64,000 nt of DNA, taken from contig JAYWIR010000013.1 in assembly GCA_036172245.1 (NCBI GenBank), positions 3,100,001 to 3,164,000 on the forward strand. Reading direction: 5' to 3'. Source of the DNA: Raillietiella orientalis. Taxonomy: Eukaryota. Of the stretch, positions 49,881 through 63,056 are shown piece after piece. The position numbers and the translations under genes were made by a program. Within the stretch, counting starts at the first letter, position 1; every line of letters begins with the position of its first letter. The notes under the pieces were generated by a model, which was not told where the DNA came from, ran no database searches, and worked only from the letters and a program-made list of their open reading frames with translations.

Positions 49881-51722
49881 AAGACTTTCTTTTCCTTGTA
49901 AGCTTTTGCGACAAAACTTTTAATTGACAAACACGATGCAAGTAAAGTTTGGAGATCTTCAAATGAAATTTTCAACACCGGAACTTAATTTCAAGCTGGA
50001 GTTTAAAGATCCTAAATTTCAATTTGTGAAACCCAAATGCATGTATTTCGTAGACAAACAATTAAATTAAACAGGAAAACATGGAGCGCGTGAAAAACAG
50101 AAACTAGTTTCCTATGAAAGCTGATACTAGGGTTCTCTTTACGGAAAGTGATTCAGAGTTGCTATACTATCATATGCCGTCACATATTTAAAATATCTAT
50201 CATGTAATTTGTGGAATAGGTGGAGAAAGTCAACTGTGTATGGCAGCTGACTGGACTGAAAATAAAACTTGAGAGTAACTAACAATTGTTTTCTATTAGA
50301 AGAAAATACATTTTCAGTAAACAACAAAAAAGAACTATTTGCAGCAGATATGAATTGTACTGCATATTATTTTGAGCAAATCTAAATCAGTAGTTTTAAT
50401 TTATGTTAAGTTCAGATTGGCACCAAAGGTTTTTTGGAAATTTAAAAAGAAATAACTAATCAAACTAAATGTCAAATCAAACTCATGAAGTGCTCAGTTA
50501 GAATTCAATAATTTCCACTTAAATAAAATGTTTAATGCTTTGCATAAGTGGTGACGGAAATGCATACTAAATATACAAACGAAATACTTGCACATATTTA
50601 TAGTAAGTGCTGGGGTGAGAAATATAATCATGGATGAATTATTAATTTTTTTATTGGGTTATTTTTTAGAAACCACGCGTTCTTTTGGGTTGTGCTACAT
50701 ATCGGAACGTTAACTTTCTAGACAATCTTTTATTTCGTTCCTTCTCTCTGTTTGTTTTGCATATTCGTAACAAGAATTTTATGAAACGGAGAATTACTTC
50801 TTTTTGAGTTTTCATGGCACGAACATTTGTTTTGCGATGTGCTAGCTAATTCACTATTTTGAATGAATGGTTTTTCGTAACATTAATTTCCATTATAATT
50901 ACGAATAGGATTGCCATTCCGATGAGATAAACTTTGAAGCTGTAGTAGCAATAGTAGCTATGCTAAACTCAAAGTATGATTTCAAAGCAAACGAGTAAAC
51001 AGGAATGTATAAATACCTTGGAGGTAGTAGCTTCCTACTGTAAAAAAGTGTGTAGTTTACAGGCAAAGGTCGCTTCTAATACAAATAATTTTAAATGAAA
51101 CAATAGTTTGCGGTTGGAGTAGATGAAAGAAACTTCGGAATTCTTTTTAACTTCTATTATTTTTCAAAGTATTAATCAATCATTTTAAAATCAACTATTT
51201 TAAAATAGTCATAATTATTTATCATCAATTATGATAAGTTGGAAGAAAAATTCATGGTCTTAAGAATTGGCAACTTTTGAAAGTACTTTCCTAATATGAG
51301 CTTGCAGTGAATTAATTTTAAAAGTGTGCATCAGATGTTTTGCAGTTGTGCGCCAAACTTAAGTTTTTCGGAAGTTCAGAAGAAAACTAATTTGAAGGTT
51401 CCCCGAATATATTCATTAAACTTTGATGGCGTCTGATGAAATGAAAATATATAATAAAAATACAGGAAATATCAATTCGAAGTAAACAGCGCATTTCAAT
51501 GCACTCAATGAAATATGACACTGCAAGTCGCAAATTAGCCCCAATGATAGGAAGCGGTCAAGACAACAATTACTTATCAAGTAGCTGATTAGGATTTATG
51601 ACGAAGTAGATGCTTCTAGCATCGGCAACTGTACCTTAGGGTGTTGTTTTGTATCGAATCAAAGTTATGTAATCGCAAAAGTGAAGTTTTGAGTTGCCAT
51701 ACTGTACTGACTGACTGTGTAT

Positions 51723-54700
51723 ATGGCTCTAAAAGGCATGAGAGTTGTGAGGGGACCTCACTGGAACTGGAATAATCAGGATGGAGGAAATGGGTTCGTT
51801 GGTACAATTATAGATGTAGCATCTTCCAACAGCCCTGAAAATGTTGTCGTTGTGCAGTGGGATACAGGCATACTTTCACATTACAGAATAGGATACCAAG
51901 ATTCATATGATCTCTACTTGCTTGACAATGCTCCCTGTGGTTAGCTTTATGTTTAATAGTAAAATACTAATATTATAAAATAAATTCCAACTGAGAGAAT
52001 GATCTTGAAATAAAGATAAAAAACCAAAGAAATGGGAAGATAGTTGATAATGAAATTAAGTCTCATGAGTTTATTTCCCTAGTTTCCAGATGTTCATTCT
52101 TTGTGATCTTTTTTTAAACATTGTAGGTGTTAGACATCCCAAGGTATGTTGCCAAGAATGCAAGCAGAATGACATAGCTGGCATTCTCTGGAAGTGCAAC
52201 GTCTGCCCTGAAGTAAATTTGTGCACATTTTGCTACATGAACAACAGGCATGATGTTGCACATAACTTTACAAGATATGCTACTCCCAACAGCACAGGGT
52301 AGAATGCGGACTTTGAGACTTGATTGTTATGTTTTATGGTTAGAGTTTCAGTTCAACCAAGACTGAATGCCAGTGTGGTGCTTCTCCATGGAATTTTTGC
52401 TGGTGCCCAGGTAGTTCGAGGAATTCATTGGATTTGGGAAGATCAGGATGGAGGAGCAGGTAAAGTGCATCTTTTGATTACTTTTGCTTGGCTAATTAAT
52501 TAATTTAGGCAATAGTGGAAGAGTCATTGAAATCAAGGATTGGGGATGTTTGTCAATACGTTCAGTAGCATCTGTGTCCTGGAACAATCAGACTTCCAAT
52601 GTGTATCGTGTGGGGCATAAAGGATATGTGGATTTAAAGGCAGTATACCCTTCAGAAGGTATGCCCTGCTATAAGGGACATTTGCCTGTTATTGGTTTTG
52701 GTAAGTGATCCTTTGTTATTATTTTCTGAAAGTACTTTGCGTAGATGCAATAGCACAACAATCACTACACATCCATGATCTAGTGTACCTCAGAATGAAT
52801 CGGAGCTCTTTGCTGGAATTAGTAGGAAATATACCAGATAATTTATTAGATCAGGCAGGGAAAAAGAAAAAAGTCCAAATGATCAGATTATCACTTAGGA
52901 TGTTACCCAGTTGGGCATAGTAAAAAAGGTTCAAGAAGATGGTCAAGTGCTAGTTCATTTTGGCAATCCTGCCAAGAATGCTCCTTGCCTTCTACATCAA
53001 TTAGCATTAAAGGTGTGCCCACGTATTCAAGTTGGTGATTATGTTCAACTATCTGATGATGTGAATAAAATCAAGTATTTACAAAAAGGCCATGGGGAAT
53101 GGGTAGACCTTATGAAAATGGTATGATGCTCTAAGATATTCCTTTAGTATTTAATTCAACTAGTATTTGGGTCAAGTGGGCCAGGTATCCCAGATACTCC
53201 CAGATTATGATTTGCAAGTGAATTTCAAGAGTCAACAGTGGATTTTGAATTATTTGTGTGTGGAACTAGTGCAACATTCCCCTCCAAACCACCATGAAAA
53301 TATGAAGGGATTGTTATCCAAAATTAAAGTTTTCCCAGGCAAACAAGATAATCTTAACAATCAGTTTATTTTTGAAGTTCTTTGTGGTAAAATACAGAAT
53401 TTACAGAATCTTCTTGATAAACAACCTGCTCTGGTATGCACAAGACCAACTTTTTTGTTCTCATGATTTCAAAAGATCAACATGAAATACAAAGGGAAAA
53501 CATGCTTGCTGGTTGCTATCATGCTTGGGAATCTGGATATAATTACATTTTTTTTGGAAAAGAATATCTCTGTGAAAGAAGCTGATACAGATGGGGATAT
53601 GGCCTTACATTATGCAGCTTTTAGGTAGGCAAATAATCATTTTGCCATTCATCTGCTCTTAGCAACCAGCCTGAAGTGATGAAACTGCTGCTGCAGTATG
53701 GCTGCTGTATTGATGGTGTGAATAAATATTCATGTAGTGCCTTGCACATAGCCACTAACAAGCAGCACATAGATTGTGTACGTGTGCTTCTGGAACACAA
53801 ATGTAATGTGAACTTACAAGATTCCTATGGAAATACTGCTTTACATAATGCTGTCAGCAAAAACAATTCTGTTCTCATCCAGTTGCTTGCCAAGGCACCT
53901 GGTAGCAAGCTGGACTTGCAAAACAATTGTCATTTTAATGTCGTACATCTGGCAGCATTACAGGGAAATACTGAGTAAGCAGATCAATCATTATGCTTGC
54001 AATTTAGTGTGTTCCAGAGCAGTATATCAGTTACTCTCCTATGAGCCAGAATTAGCAGGTCTTCACAGCTCAGGCAGTGTTAGTGCATTACACATTGCTT
54101 GTATCAAAGGACACATGGGAGTGGTGAAAGCACTTTTAGGATCATCTTTCTGTGATGTTAACCTTGTCAGTGAGCAACAGAAAACCCCTCTTCACTTGGC
54201 TATTGCCAATGTGCGTTTATTTTCTAGAGAATTATTCATTGTAGAAGTTTTCACTTGTAGGGCCATTGTGGTATTGTAGAAATGCTGCTTGCTCATTATG
54301 CCAACACAGATATTAAAGATCAAAACGGTGATACGGCGTTGCATGCTGCTCTCAATCCGCTCATTAATTGGAGTTTGCAAAATGATGATGCTCCTGCAAT
54401 CTACAAAGTAATAAATATCCCAAGTGTATTTGGTAGCCTGTGTTTTGCAGATATTTCAACAAGTGGAAACCTGGTACAGTCAAACCCAGCCTAACATAGC
54501 AGTTTGCATTCTTCTACTGCTTAAAGGATGTGATTTGTACCAAAGGAATAATTCTGGGAAAACTGCCCTCGATCTAATTGAGGAAAATGCCTTGCATAAC
54601 ATTCTTCTTTCTTTTAGTACTGGAAAGGAAATATTGTTATCTACTCCAGCAAATGAGTTTCTAAATGCTGTTTCAAAACATTGTACTGTCTGTTTAGAAG

Positions 54701-55050
54701 CTGAAGATTTAATCAAATTTGAGCCCTGTGGCCACCAGATTGTTTGCAGGGAGTGTTCATTTAAAATGAAGAAATGCATACGCTGCCAGCTTGTCATTAT
54801 AAAGAAAGTGGATGATAATGGACAAGCTCTAGAATCTACAGAAAGTGGAATTAGTAACTGGAAGAGATTGCAAATCTTAGAATCAAGAATTAAAGAAGTC
54901 GAGGAAGCCCAACTCTGCCCCATTTGTTTAGAGAATCCAAGAAATATTGTTTTTCTTTGTGGTCATGCAGCTTGTGCAGATTGCTCGAAGACTCTACATC
55001 ACTGTCACTTATGTCGAGCCGCCATCACACAGACCATTAAGTTTTATTGA
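51723..55050 (+). CDS. MIB2: E3 ubiquitin-protein ligase Mind bomb 2 (MIB/HERC2, ZZ, MIB/HERC2, MIB repeats, ankyrin repeats, 2 RING), 12 exons, 899 aa
   Basis: Exons 51723-51939, 52127-52298, 52344-52459, 52509-52700, 52745-52854, 52899-53120, 53164-53433, 53476-53624, 53663-53974, 54018-54210, 54261-54407, 54451-55050 total 2700 nt in frame. Motifs: [20 protein letters not shown] finger CQECKQ...[16 protein letters not shown]; second [18 protein letters not shown] and [26 protein letters not shown] and KTPLHLA ankyrins. Two RINGs (rather than three) indicate MIB2 and not MIB1. Confidence 0.95.
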
Positions 55051-58000
55051 TTGTTGTGTTTATGTTGTTAAACTGTTGTGATACTCATGCAATTAATTGC
55101 TTGAGATATTATTTGCAGGTTTTGACTTTTATCGAAAAGTACGTTTCTAAAATGTTTAAGACTTTAAAAAAACAAAAAACACAAAATGCGTAAGCATATT
55201 TAAGAGTTGAGTTGGATAAAGCAATAAGTGATTAACATCATTTCAAAATTTTCTTCCTCCTGTACTCAGGTTAGAGGTGCCTTGCAATCAGGTAAACCAA
55301 AAGACCACCAAGTAGACGTTGGGTTACGAACCAACCGATTGTTAATTTTCACATCCAGATTTCGAAATTAGTTTGGTGCAATTGGGTTTCCGTTCGGCGC
55401 ATAGCGTGGTGTCCTGGAAGGTCATGCATGTGTGCCCCGTTTTCCAGTGAGCACCACAGTTCAGTGCGGTTTCATGCCCGTGTGCTTAACTCCTTGCGGT
55501 GGACGGGGTTGAGTCACTTTCGTAAATACGCAAAAGGGGAAATGCGTTCTGGAAAACCATGTTGGGTCTTACATTTGGGAACTGCAGTACAGCAATTTTT
55601 GCTCGTAATTTAAAATGATTTCATAGCCAGGTCATAGCCAACATGGAAATCCGACTGCTGTGACGACGTTCTTGCACGAAAGGTAATTGTGGGGGGGCGT
55701 TTCGTTATACGGAATCGGCTGAACGGGGAAACAAGGGTTTGTCTTGCATATCCCGAACGGGTCAGCTTGCGTTGCCGTGGGGTTCGACGTGGCCCGGTTG
55801 TTTCAGGGTAGCCAAGCACTTATCGAGTTGAGTCAGAAAAGCAAAAAAACGAAACTTAAGGTAGCACATTCAGCAGTTCCGAGGTTTTGAAAAATTCTGC
55901 AGCGTGAGCGGCGTACAGTGTTTCATTTGATGAATTTTGATGGTTCTTAAGAAAGACTTGCAGCAGCTTACATGTGTGAGCCGCAAGCAGTTATTTTGGG
56001 CAGACCCCCACGCAGGGAGAGGTTGCCACCCACGCAGGTTTTCGTGGACAAACGGTAATAAGAGGAAGAATTTTTTGGTAGCCTTTAATGCATGCGTTAA
56101 CAATCATGCCTTTGCTTTCCCAGGGATGTAAAAGTTCTGATGATGCATGTTTTCAGCAGTCCTGGAAGGCGCCAGCAAGTTCAAGAACCTTCGTTTTCAT
56201 ATCAGCGTAACGATTTCCAGAGAGAATTCTAAATGACTACGCAAGAATGAGCTTTCTGGACATTCTTTTGAGATTCGTGCTTCAGGCATACAGTACTTCG
56301 GATGAACTTAGGCCAACACTTATAGGAGTCTGAAGTTCCTCAAGCACTTTCAAGAGGTTAGAAATGTGTTTTTGCTAAAAATTCTCTATCAAGTTAATAC
56401 GGCAATCACGTTGCATGCCCTTAATTGAAAATGTAAACATACTGAAAAGCATATTGCAAGTTTTCCTTCTAAGGCATGCAATAGTATAACAGAATAAAAA
56501 TTCCCTAGAGTTCCGTAGATGTTTATTATTTTGAAAACACGTTCCGCTTAGTTTCAGGTGCTTCTGGAAATGTTCTTTTGCTTTTTACGCTCAAGACTGA
56601 TATCGTTAAAGGTCTTTGACTGTCGGCACAACTTTTGAATGATGTCCCAAAGTGCAACCAAGTAATTTGTGGAATTGGATGTGTGGCAACGGCTCGCAAA
56701 TTATTGCCAGACAGCAACCCCAGTTTGACTAAAAATACTCCTCACATTTGTATCCAATAAGTAGAAAAAATAGTAAGAGAAAATAAGCATCCAAAATTTC
56801 GATCCATGGGAATCTCCTTGTGCCGAGTTGATGTGGCTGTATCAAAAAATTATGTCCGTGACGATTTGCGTTTTTGCTCAGTTGGATTTACGAGTTGGCA
56901 TCTCCGTTTTCCTGTAGCACTTGTGGAAGGCCTTCGTTCGCTCTCGAACGTTCGTGAAGAGCTTCCTTTTTGGGCCCCGCGCTGTATGGACCACGACACG
57001 TTTGCTGGCGCCTTGAACAGCCATTTCTGTTGATTCATGATCAAGCGATCGACAGAAATTCGAGATCGGTGCATCGCATCTCGGGGTGCCACTTCGATCT
57101 TCTTGTTTTCGGTTTCCATCTCTGTGCTTCCATCCCCGTGACTCGTGCAAAACATAATGTGCTGCTGCTTGCTAAACGTGTAGCAAGGTGAGTCGCGGTC
57201 TGGAAACCCTGGTTTCGGTTTTGCAATCAGCACACGTGTGCAAATCGGAGCGCGGAAAACACCGTCGAGTTTGCAAACAGAGTTTTTTTTCTTTTCTTTT
57301 CTTTTCTTTTTTTTCCTCGTGTGCCTTTGCGTTCCATCATTTAGCAGCTGCGGCGTGCGTCTACTTCTAAGCACTGGATAGTCCAAACAGCCATATGATC
57401 ATATGAAACAAAGAAATGCTGCCTTTCTTTCTTCCTTTAAAAGCAGGCAAACGAATTCAATTGCACAAGTTGCGTTGCTGTCAGTGAGGCGTATTTTTTC
57501 AAAAAAAAAAAAGATGGTTGTTGCCTTTCTGTAAGGTTCTTTTATGACTCTTTTTTGTAATTGCACATCCGATTACGACGTGTTTCGCCACGTAAAAGTG
57601 TTCCTGTAATTTTGTAAAATAATCTCGTACAGGAAAGTGAAAATGTAAACAATGTAAAAAATGAATTGGGTCGAATTGCTCGTCCATGTGGCCTAATTAA
57701 TTTTCAAAAGTCCATTCAAAGCACCCAACGGAGCAAACGAGATGCATTTTGCAAAAGTCGGCTTTCCCTTAGAAAGAATCCGTGGATCCAAAAAGCTTTG
57801 TACATCAACGTAACAGGGTCATCTCAAGTTTTGTTTTTATTTTTATCGGAAATTCTCACCTTTTTCAAGTCAGTTGCTCTGCGTAATTTAATTAGCAGTC
57901 GCTTGCAGCCATTTAAAATGTTCCGACGTTGCACCCCTGCGTGCCTTTCCCGGCGGAAACTCGCGACTGCGGGGGTTGATGTGTTCGGAATAAGGAGAGA

Positions 58001-61000
58001 AACAAACGGATAGCCAAAAAGGACGGTGCGCTCGAAGAAGAGAAAGCTCTCGTAAAGGTTATATGGGTTTCTGAACTCAGTATATGGCCAAAAAGAAAGA
58101 AAGGAAGAAAAACGCATATTATCGGGTCTGAGGACTCGGTATCCACTGCGTATCATTCGCAAAGACAAAAAGTGATACAAATAATTACAAAGACTTTTTT
58201 TTTTCTTTCTTCCTTTAGCTAAAAGTAACTATTTAATAGAATATTCGGTGATGAACATTCTATGGGCAGGTCAGTATCTACGAAGTATCCATCAGTCGAG
58301 ATATTTATTTCGACTGGGCTTCCTCGTTGTCGGAAGGGCTTCCCAGACCCAGCTGTAGTGTCCAGTGTCGGAATCGGTTCCCCTGAAAGGATAAACCTGG
58401 TTGCATGAATCTCTCGTGGCTTCTTCGTTTCTTCGGATTGATGTGAAATTCTGCTCTTGGAAGAGATATTCCGACACGGAGAGATCACTCACTCACCGAG
58501 TCTCCAGCGAGGATCATCTGCTTGAGACGGGCGGTGCGCTCTCCCAATGCTCCCTGCATCTTATGGATCGTTGGTTCGAACGCGAGGCTGAAAAGCGAGG
58601 AGCCAAGGAGGCATCCCTTCTTCGCCTCCTCGTAAAATTCGAGCATTCCTTGTGGAATGCGATTGCACTGAGGACAAGCACGTATCCTCGCAGAGGACCT
58701 GGCTTGAACGATGGCAAGCTTCTTCAGCTTCCAGCTTTTCCAATGCCCACTTCATAAGCGGCACTCATCGAACCAACAAATGCGATGCAACGAACAAAAT
58801 CCAGTCCAAGGGTCCCGTAGAGAGGGACAACTCCAAACGCAACCCCTTCGGCTTAAGCACTTCACGCGCGGCTGATACAGAAGATTATCATCACCGGTTC
58901 ATCTCCACCCACGATGGGGGATGCGCTCCATTCTTGGAGGGAGGTTTCCCGCTTCACACTAATGCTCCCAGCTCTCTCACGGAGAGGAAGGAGCGTGAGG
59001 AATCTGCAATTTTTCTTGCACCTTCCACGGATGCATGGAAGGGCGGCAGCCATTACCTCGTCTGGGATAACCCAGGACGGGAGCCCTTGTTTCTCTCCGG
59101 TGCCTACGCAGCCAGTATCTCACAGCGCACCCCTCAAAGGGTGCTCCTCGATTCAATGATCAAAATAAGCTGAGGAGTCGGGCGTAGAACGAACTCTCTG
59201 CTTTTTTTTGTTTTTTGTTTGTTTGTTTGCTTCTCTCCCCATTTGCGCTTGGATCCCCCCCTCCCTCTCCCTCCTTAAAATGGGAAGCACGCTCCAAAAG
59301 TCTCTGTTGGCAGCGTCAAGTGACTCCGTAGTTTGGTTGATCATTTCACTTGACACCTATCTAGTTTGGCGGGTCCCGTGATTGCCCGCCCGGTTCGATT
59401 GCGCTTGGTGGATCCCCTTTTGTTTTTGTTTTTTATTGAATTCAGTTGGATTTCCTTCTGGTGGACCGTGAGAGGGGGGGGGGGGACCTCACAACAGTGG
59501 CCTTCGACCTCGAGCGGGCTGATTCGGACGACATGCATCTGGTCTCGGGATTCGTGACTCGGGTGGCAGCTTCTCACAATCCGACGCGTAGCCTGAAGCG
59601 ACGTGCGCCACGAGGTCGAGGAAGCTTTCGCGGCTAGTCCCTGTCGCCCCTTCCGAGGGTGAAAATTCAAGACACGATACCCTCTGACGCCTTTTTTTTT
59701 TTCGGGCCTCGGCCCTGCCTATAGCAGTGGCCTCATTCCAGCCAGCAGCCAACACCCCGGTACTCCCTGAGGAGAAACCTCGACCCTTCCAGAGGCGGTG
59801 GCTCCGATCCTTCCGGGAGCGTTAGTTCCCTCTCTTGCTGGAGGCAACTATTCCATTTCTGAAAGGATCTAGAGTGGCAGCCGCCGAAATGGACCGCAGC
59901 GCCAACTGTCGTTTTCCATCGGAACCGCAGCCTGGGGGATGGATTTTGCGGCATTCAGGCAACTCGTCTTCCCCTTCCCCTTTCGGAGGCCCGAGCGATC
60001 CCTGTTCTAGCCAGACTTAGGCTTCCACTAGCGTAGACTCGCCATCCGCGGAGCTTCCCGAGGGATTCACCTCAACCCTGTTCCCTTCATCCCGCCAGGT
60101 TCCCGATTTATGCTGGGACAGCCCGCTGTCCGCTCCTTCTGTCATCTCTAGAGCATTTTCCTGAGGAATATGCTGGAACGCGAACGATCAAGCATCAGAG
60201 TACGATAGGATCCTCCTGAACTCGCGCCTCTGCCGGTTACTGGGATACTCCTTGGAGCAAACGACTCTTCGCCTGGGACGTCCTCATTGAGGGTTACGTC
60301 CACTGGGACGCAAACCAGCACCGGGATGACTCGATGGCCATTCCTCCATTCCCTTTGGGAAGCTTTGGCGCAACATCAGAGGGGTGATCCCCAATGAAGA
60401 AGTGTCTCCCTTGAGGGAACCGCACATGACTTTGACGATCAACGACCACAAGAGCTCCACTTTGCCCTCGTTCCAGCACGTGAGGGGAACCTGGATCTCT
60501 CCTCTGACTGGCATCTCGAATTTCGCAGGACAGTGGCAGACGTGGTGGTTGCGGTCCATCCAGACTTCCGAGAAGGGAGCAATCGCAGTCAAAGCAAAGA
60601 AGATCTTTGGGTTCTTCGGAGATTCTTCTTGCTGGGAGGGACAGCGCGCCCCCTCGCCAACGGCTCGACCTTGGAGGAACTTGGAAACGTAGCTGCTGTT
60701 GCTGCAATTTCCTGAAGGAACCCGTGCAGCATGCTGGAAACCAGTCCTTCCGAGGAGACTCCCCACAGGAAGGAGATGATGGATCCTCCGCCTAGGCGAC
60801 CATAGGGCTCCTCCGCCGAATCAGCCAGAGGCTAGCCTAAGAGTCATCATGGGCTCTTCGGCAGCGGGTTCTCCTACACGAAGGTAGAGGAGCGCCACCA
60901 GGGGGCTTTCTCAGCGACGCCAGAGATCCATCTCACCCCAAAGGACGGTAAGAGAGGAGGCGCGAATTGGTACCCACAGATCCCCTTCCCCCTTTCATGA

Positions 61001-63028
61001 AGGAAGAGGTGGAGGAGACTTCAGGGGAGGCTGAATGCTTCCCCCGGAAACTCTATCATCCCCATGCCAAGGGAGGAGAGTCATCTACTCGAAAACTGAA
61101 GTTCGCGCCTCATCTTTCGCGCCCGTTTCGAGGACAGCATCCCTGGCTCTCGAAAATTCTCTCTCACGATTCCTCTCCCGAGGTCGGCAGATTCCTCCTA
61201 CCTTCGACATCCGAGGCTAGAGGCCAGCCCCTATCGGCGACTCTTTGCGCCGACCCTGCCTCAGGTGCCTCAGCGGGAGATTCTGCGAGTGGGTATCCCA
61301 TCCCCTTCAGGGGATGGGATTTCTGCCTTTCGTGCAGCTGCGACCCAGGCTGGACGTCGAGCGACGGCGCTCGAAGAAGGACCTACGCGTTGTCTTCGTC
61401 GAACGCCTCTGGAACCATCGCGCTCTCTCTCCGCTGACGGGAGGACCTGCGACTGAGAGAAAGAATTCTGCGACATGGTCAGCAACTTTCACCACCTCAG
61501 TGTGCATCACAGGGAACCCGACGATGCTGTGAATCTAGAAGCAGGGATGCCCTTTGGGCTCTTTTCTCTTCAACTCGACTCTCCAGTCATCATCCGGAAG
61601 CTTCAGGGTACCTGGGTGAAAGCTCTTCTTCTCTCATATGCTGACCTTCCTTTTCCTTGTCACTACTACTCCCATGGCAACAGTGGTGGATCTCGTTCGA
61701 AGGTCCGAGCCGGTAGCAGCCTCCAGTGAGTTCGCTGCCGCCCCTCTTTACTACGATGCGAAAGTTCCGCAAGGTGCCCAGCCAGGGAAAGAAATTCGTG
61801 CCAGAAAGGTGATGCTTTCAATCCTGTTCCAGACGTCCTGGAAAGCCTTTCGGGCTGGAACTCTCCTGATGTGGTCCTTCCAAGGAAGAACTCCCGACAA
61901 GGGACCATGCTCCTGCAGGAGCTTCCTAGTACAGGTCCACTCTCTGGAATCGGGCCTCATCCTCAAGAGCGGTTAGTCGACCGTGAACTCGAGGTCGAGG
62001 ACATCATGAAATGGCGCCTGAACCTGTCTCCGAAGATAACCAACGAGAATCTGCGCGGGAAGCCACGAGGAGGATGCCTGGATGCACCTGGAAGACTGAC
62101 CAGCGCATTACCGGTCGGCAGCCGGAAGCCTCAAGCTGCTGGAGACAAACAGGAAAAGATGTGCACCGTAGAAAATTCTTTTTGGGAACGTAGAATCCGA
62201 GGGACAGTGCGGTCCATAAAGAGTCGAGGTGTATCCGAGCAGCGTACGGAGCAGCTGCAACACTTCATGTTTGGCTCCAGCGTCTGCTGCGGCAGCAACA
62301 TCGTCTAGGTTACCCTCCAGACGAAGCTTCTGACCGCGTTTCCAAGCTGCAGGAGGAGCTAGATGACAGCAAGACGTCTAAAACATAACCAAGAGACGAC
62401 GAGCCAGCAATTGCAAGAAAGATCGTACCAAGCTTCAACGCTGCGAAGAAGCATGCAATATCCGAGTTGGAGAAGAGTTAAAGAGACAAGTACCTCCCTT
62501 CAGTTGTGGGGAAGTCACTCTCTGAGTGACGATTCTTTCACTGCATTACGAAGGTCCTATAGAGAATTCTGCATGATGATGAACACGAGATGGTTCTTGC
62601 TAGGTATCCCATCTTAGAATACAAAATTAGGCATACTTTGTGAAGTGGTGTTACTGGATACTCATGACATCATACACTGAGTAGATGTAAGTCTATGGCT
62701 ACAGAGATTTCATCGTTGCCGACCACATTGCTAGCATCATAGCACAGGAACAGTTGCTGGTAGTGCACTGAGTCGATTTTTGATTGTTCTGGTAGGACCC
62801 CAATGAAAAAGCATGGAGGGCTCGCTAGAAATCAAACCATCTCTTCATTTCTTTCTTCATTTTTTCTGTCTCCCACGAAATTGCTCGACAGCTGGAGGAA
62901 GGAATTCAGGCATGAATACCACTTCTAGAACATTGCAATGCCCTTCCTAGCATCCAAGACACACGTGACTAAGTTACAGGTTGGACGACAAGATCCTGCC
63001 AGGCCTCAGCTTTCGCAGACGATTGGGT

Positions 63029-63056
63029 GATGTCATGGACCATTGTCCATGACATC
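63029..63056. repeat. Hairpin with a 12-bp perfect stem and 4-nt loop
   Basis: gatgtcatggac CATT gtccatgacatc. Confidence 0.9.

Noticed and set aside
51194..51209. 16-nt palindrome actattttaaaatagt
   Set aside because: Only 8-bp arms of almost pure A/T in AT-rich DNA; plausible by chance.
61655..61720. LRTRSTTVAMGVV on the minus strand, like translation-GTPase C-termini
   Set aside because: Flanked by stops and no other EF-Tu/HBS1 motifs.
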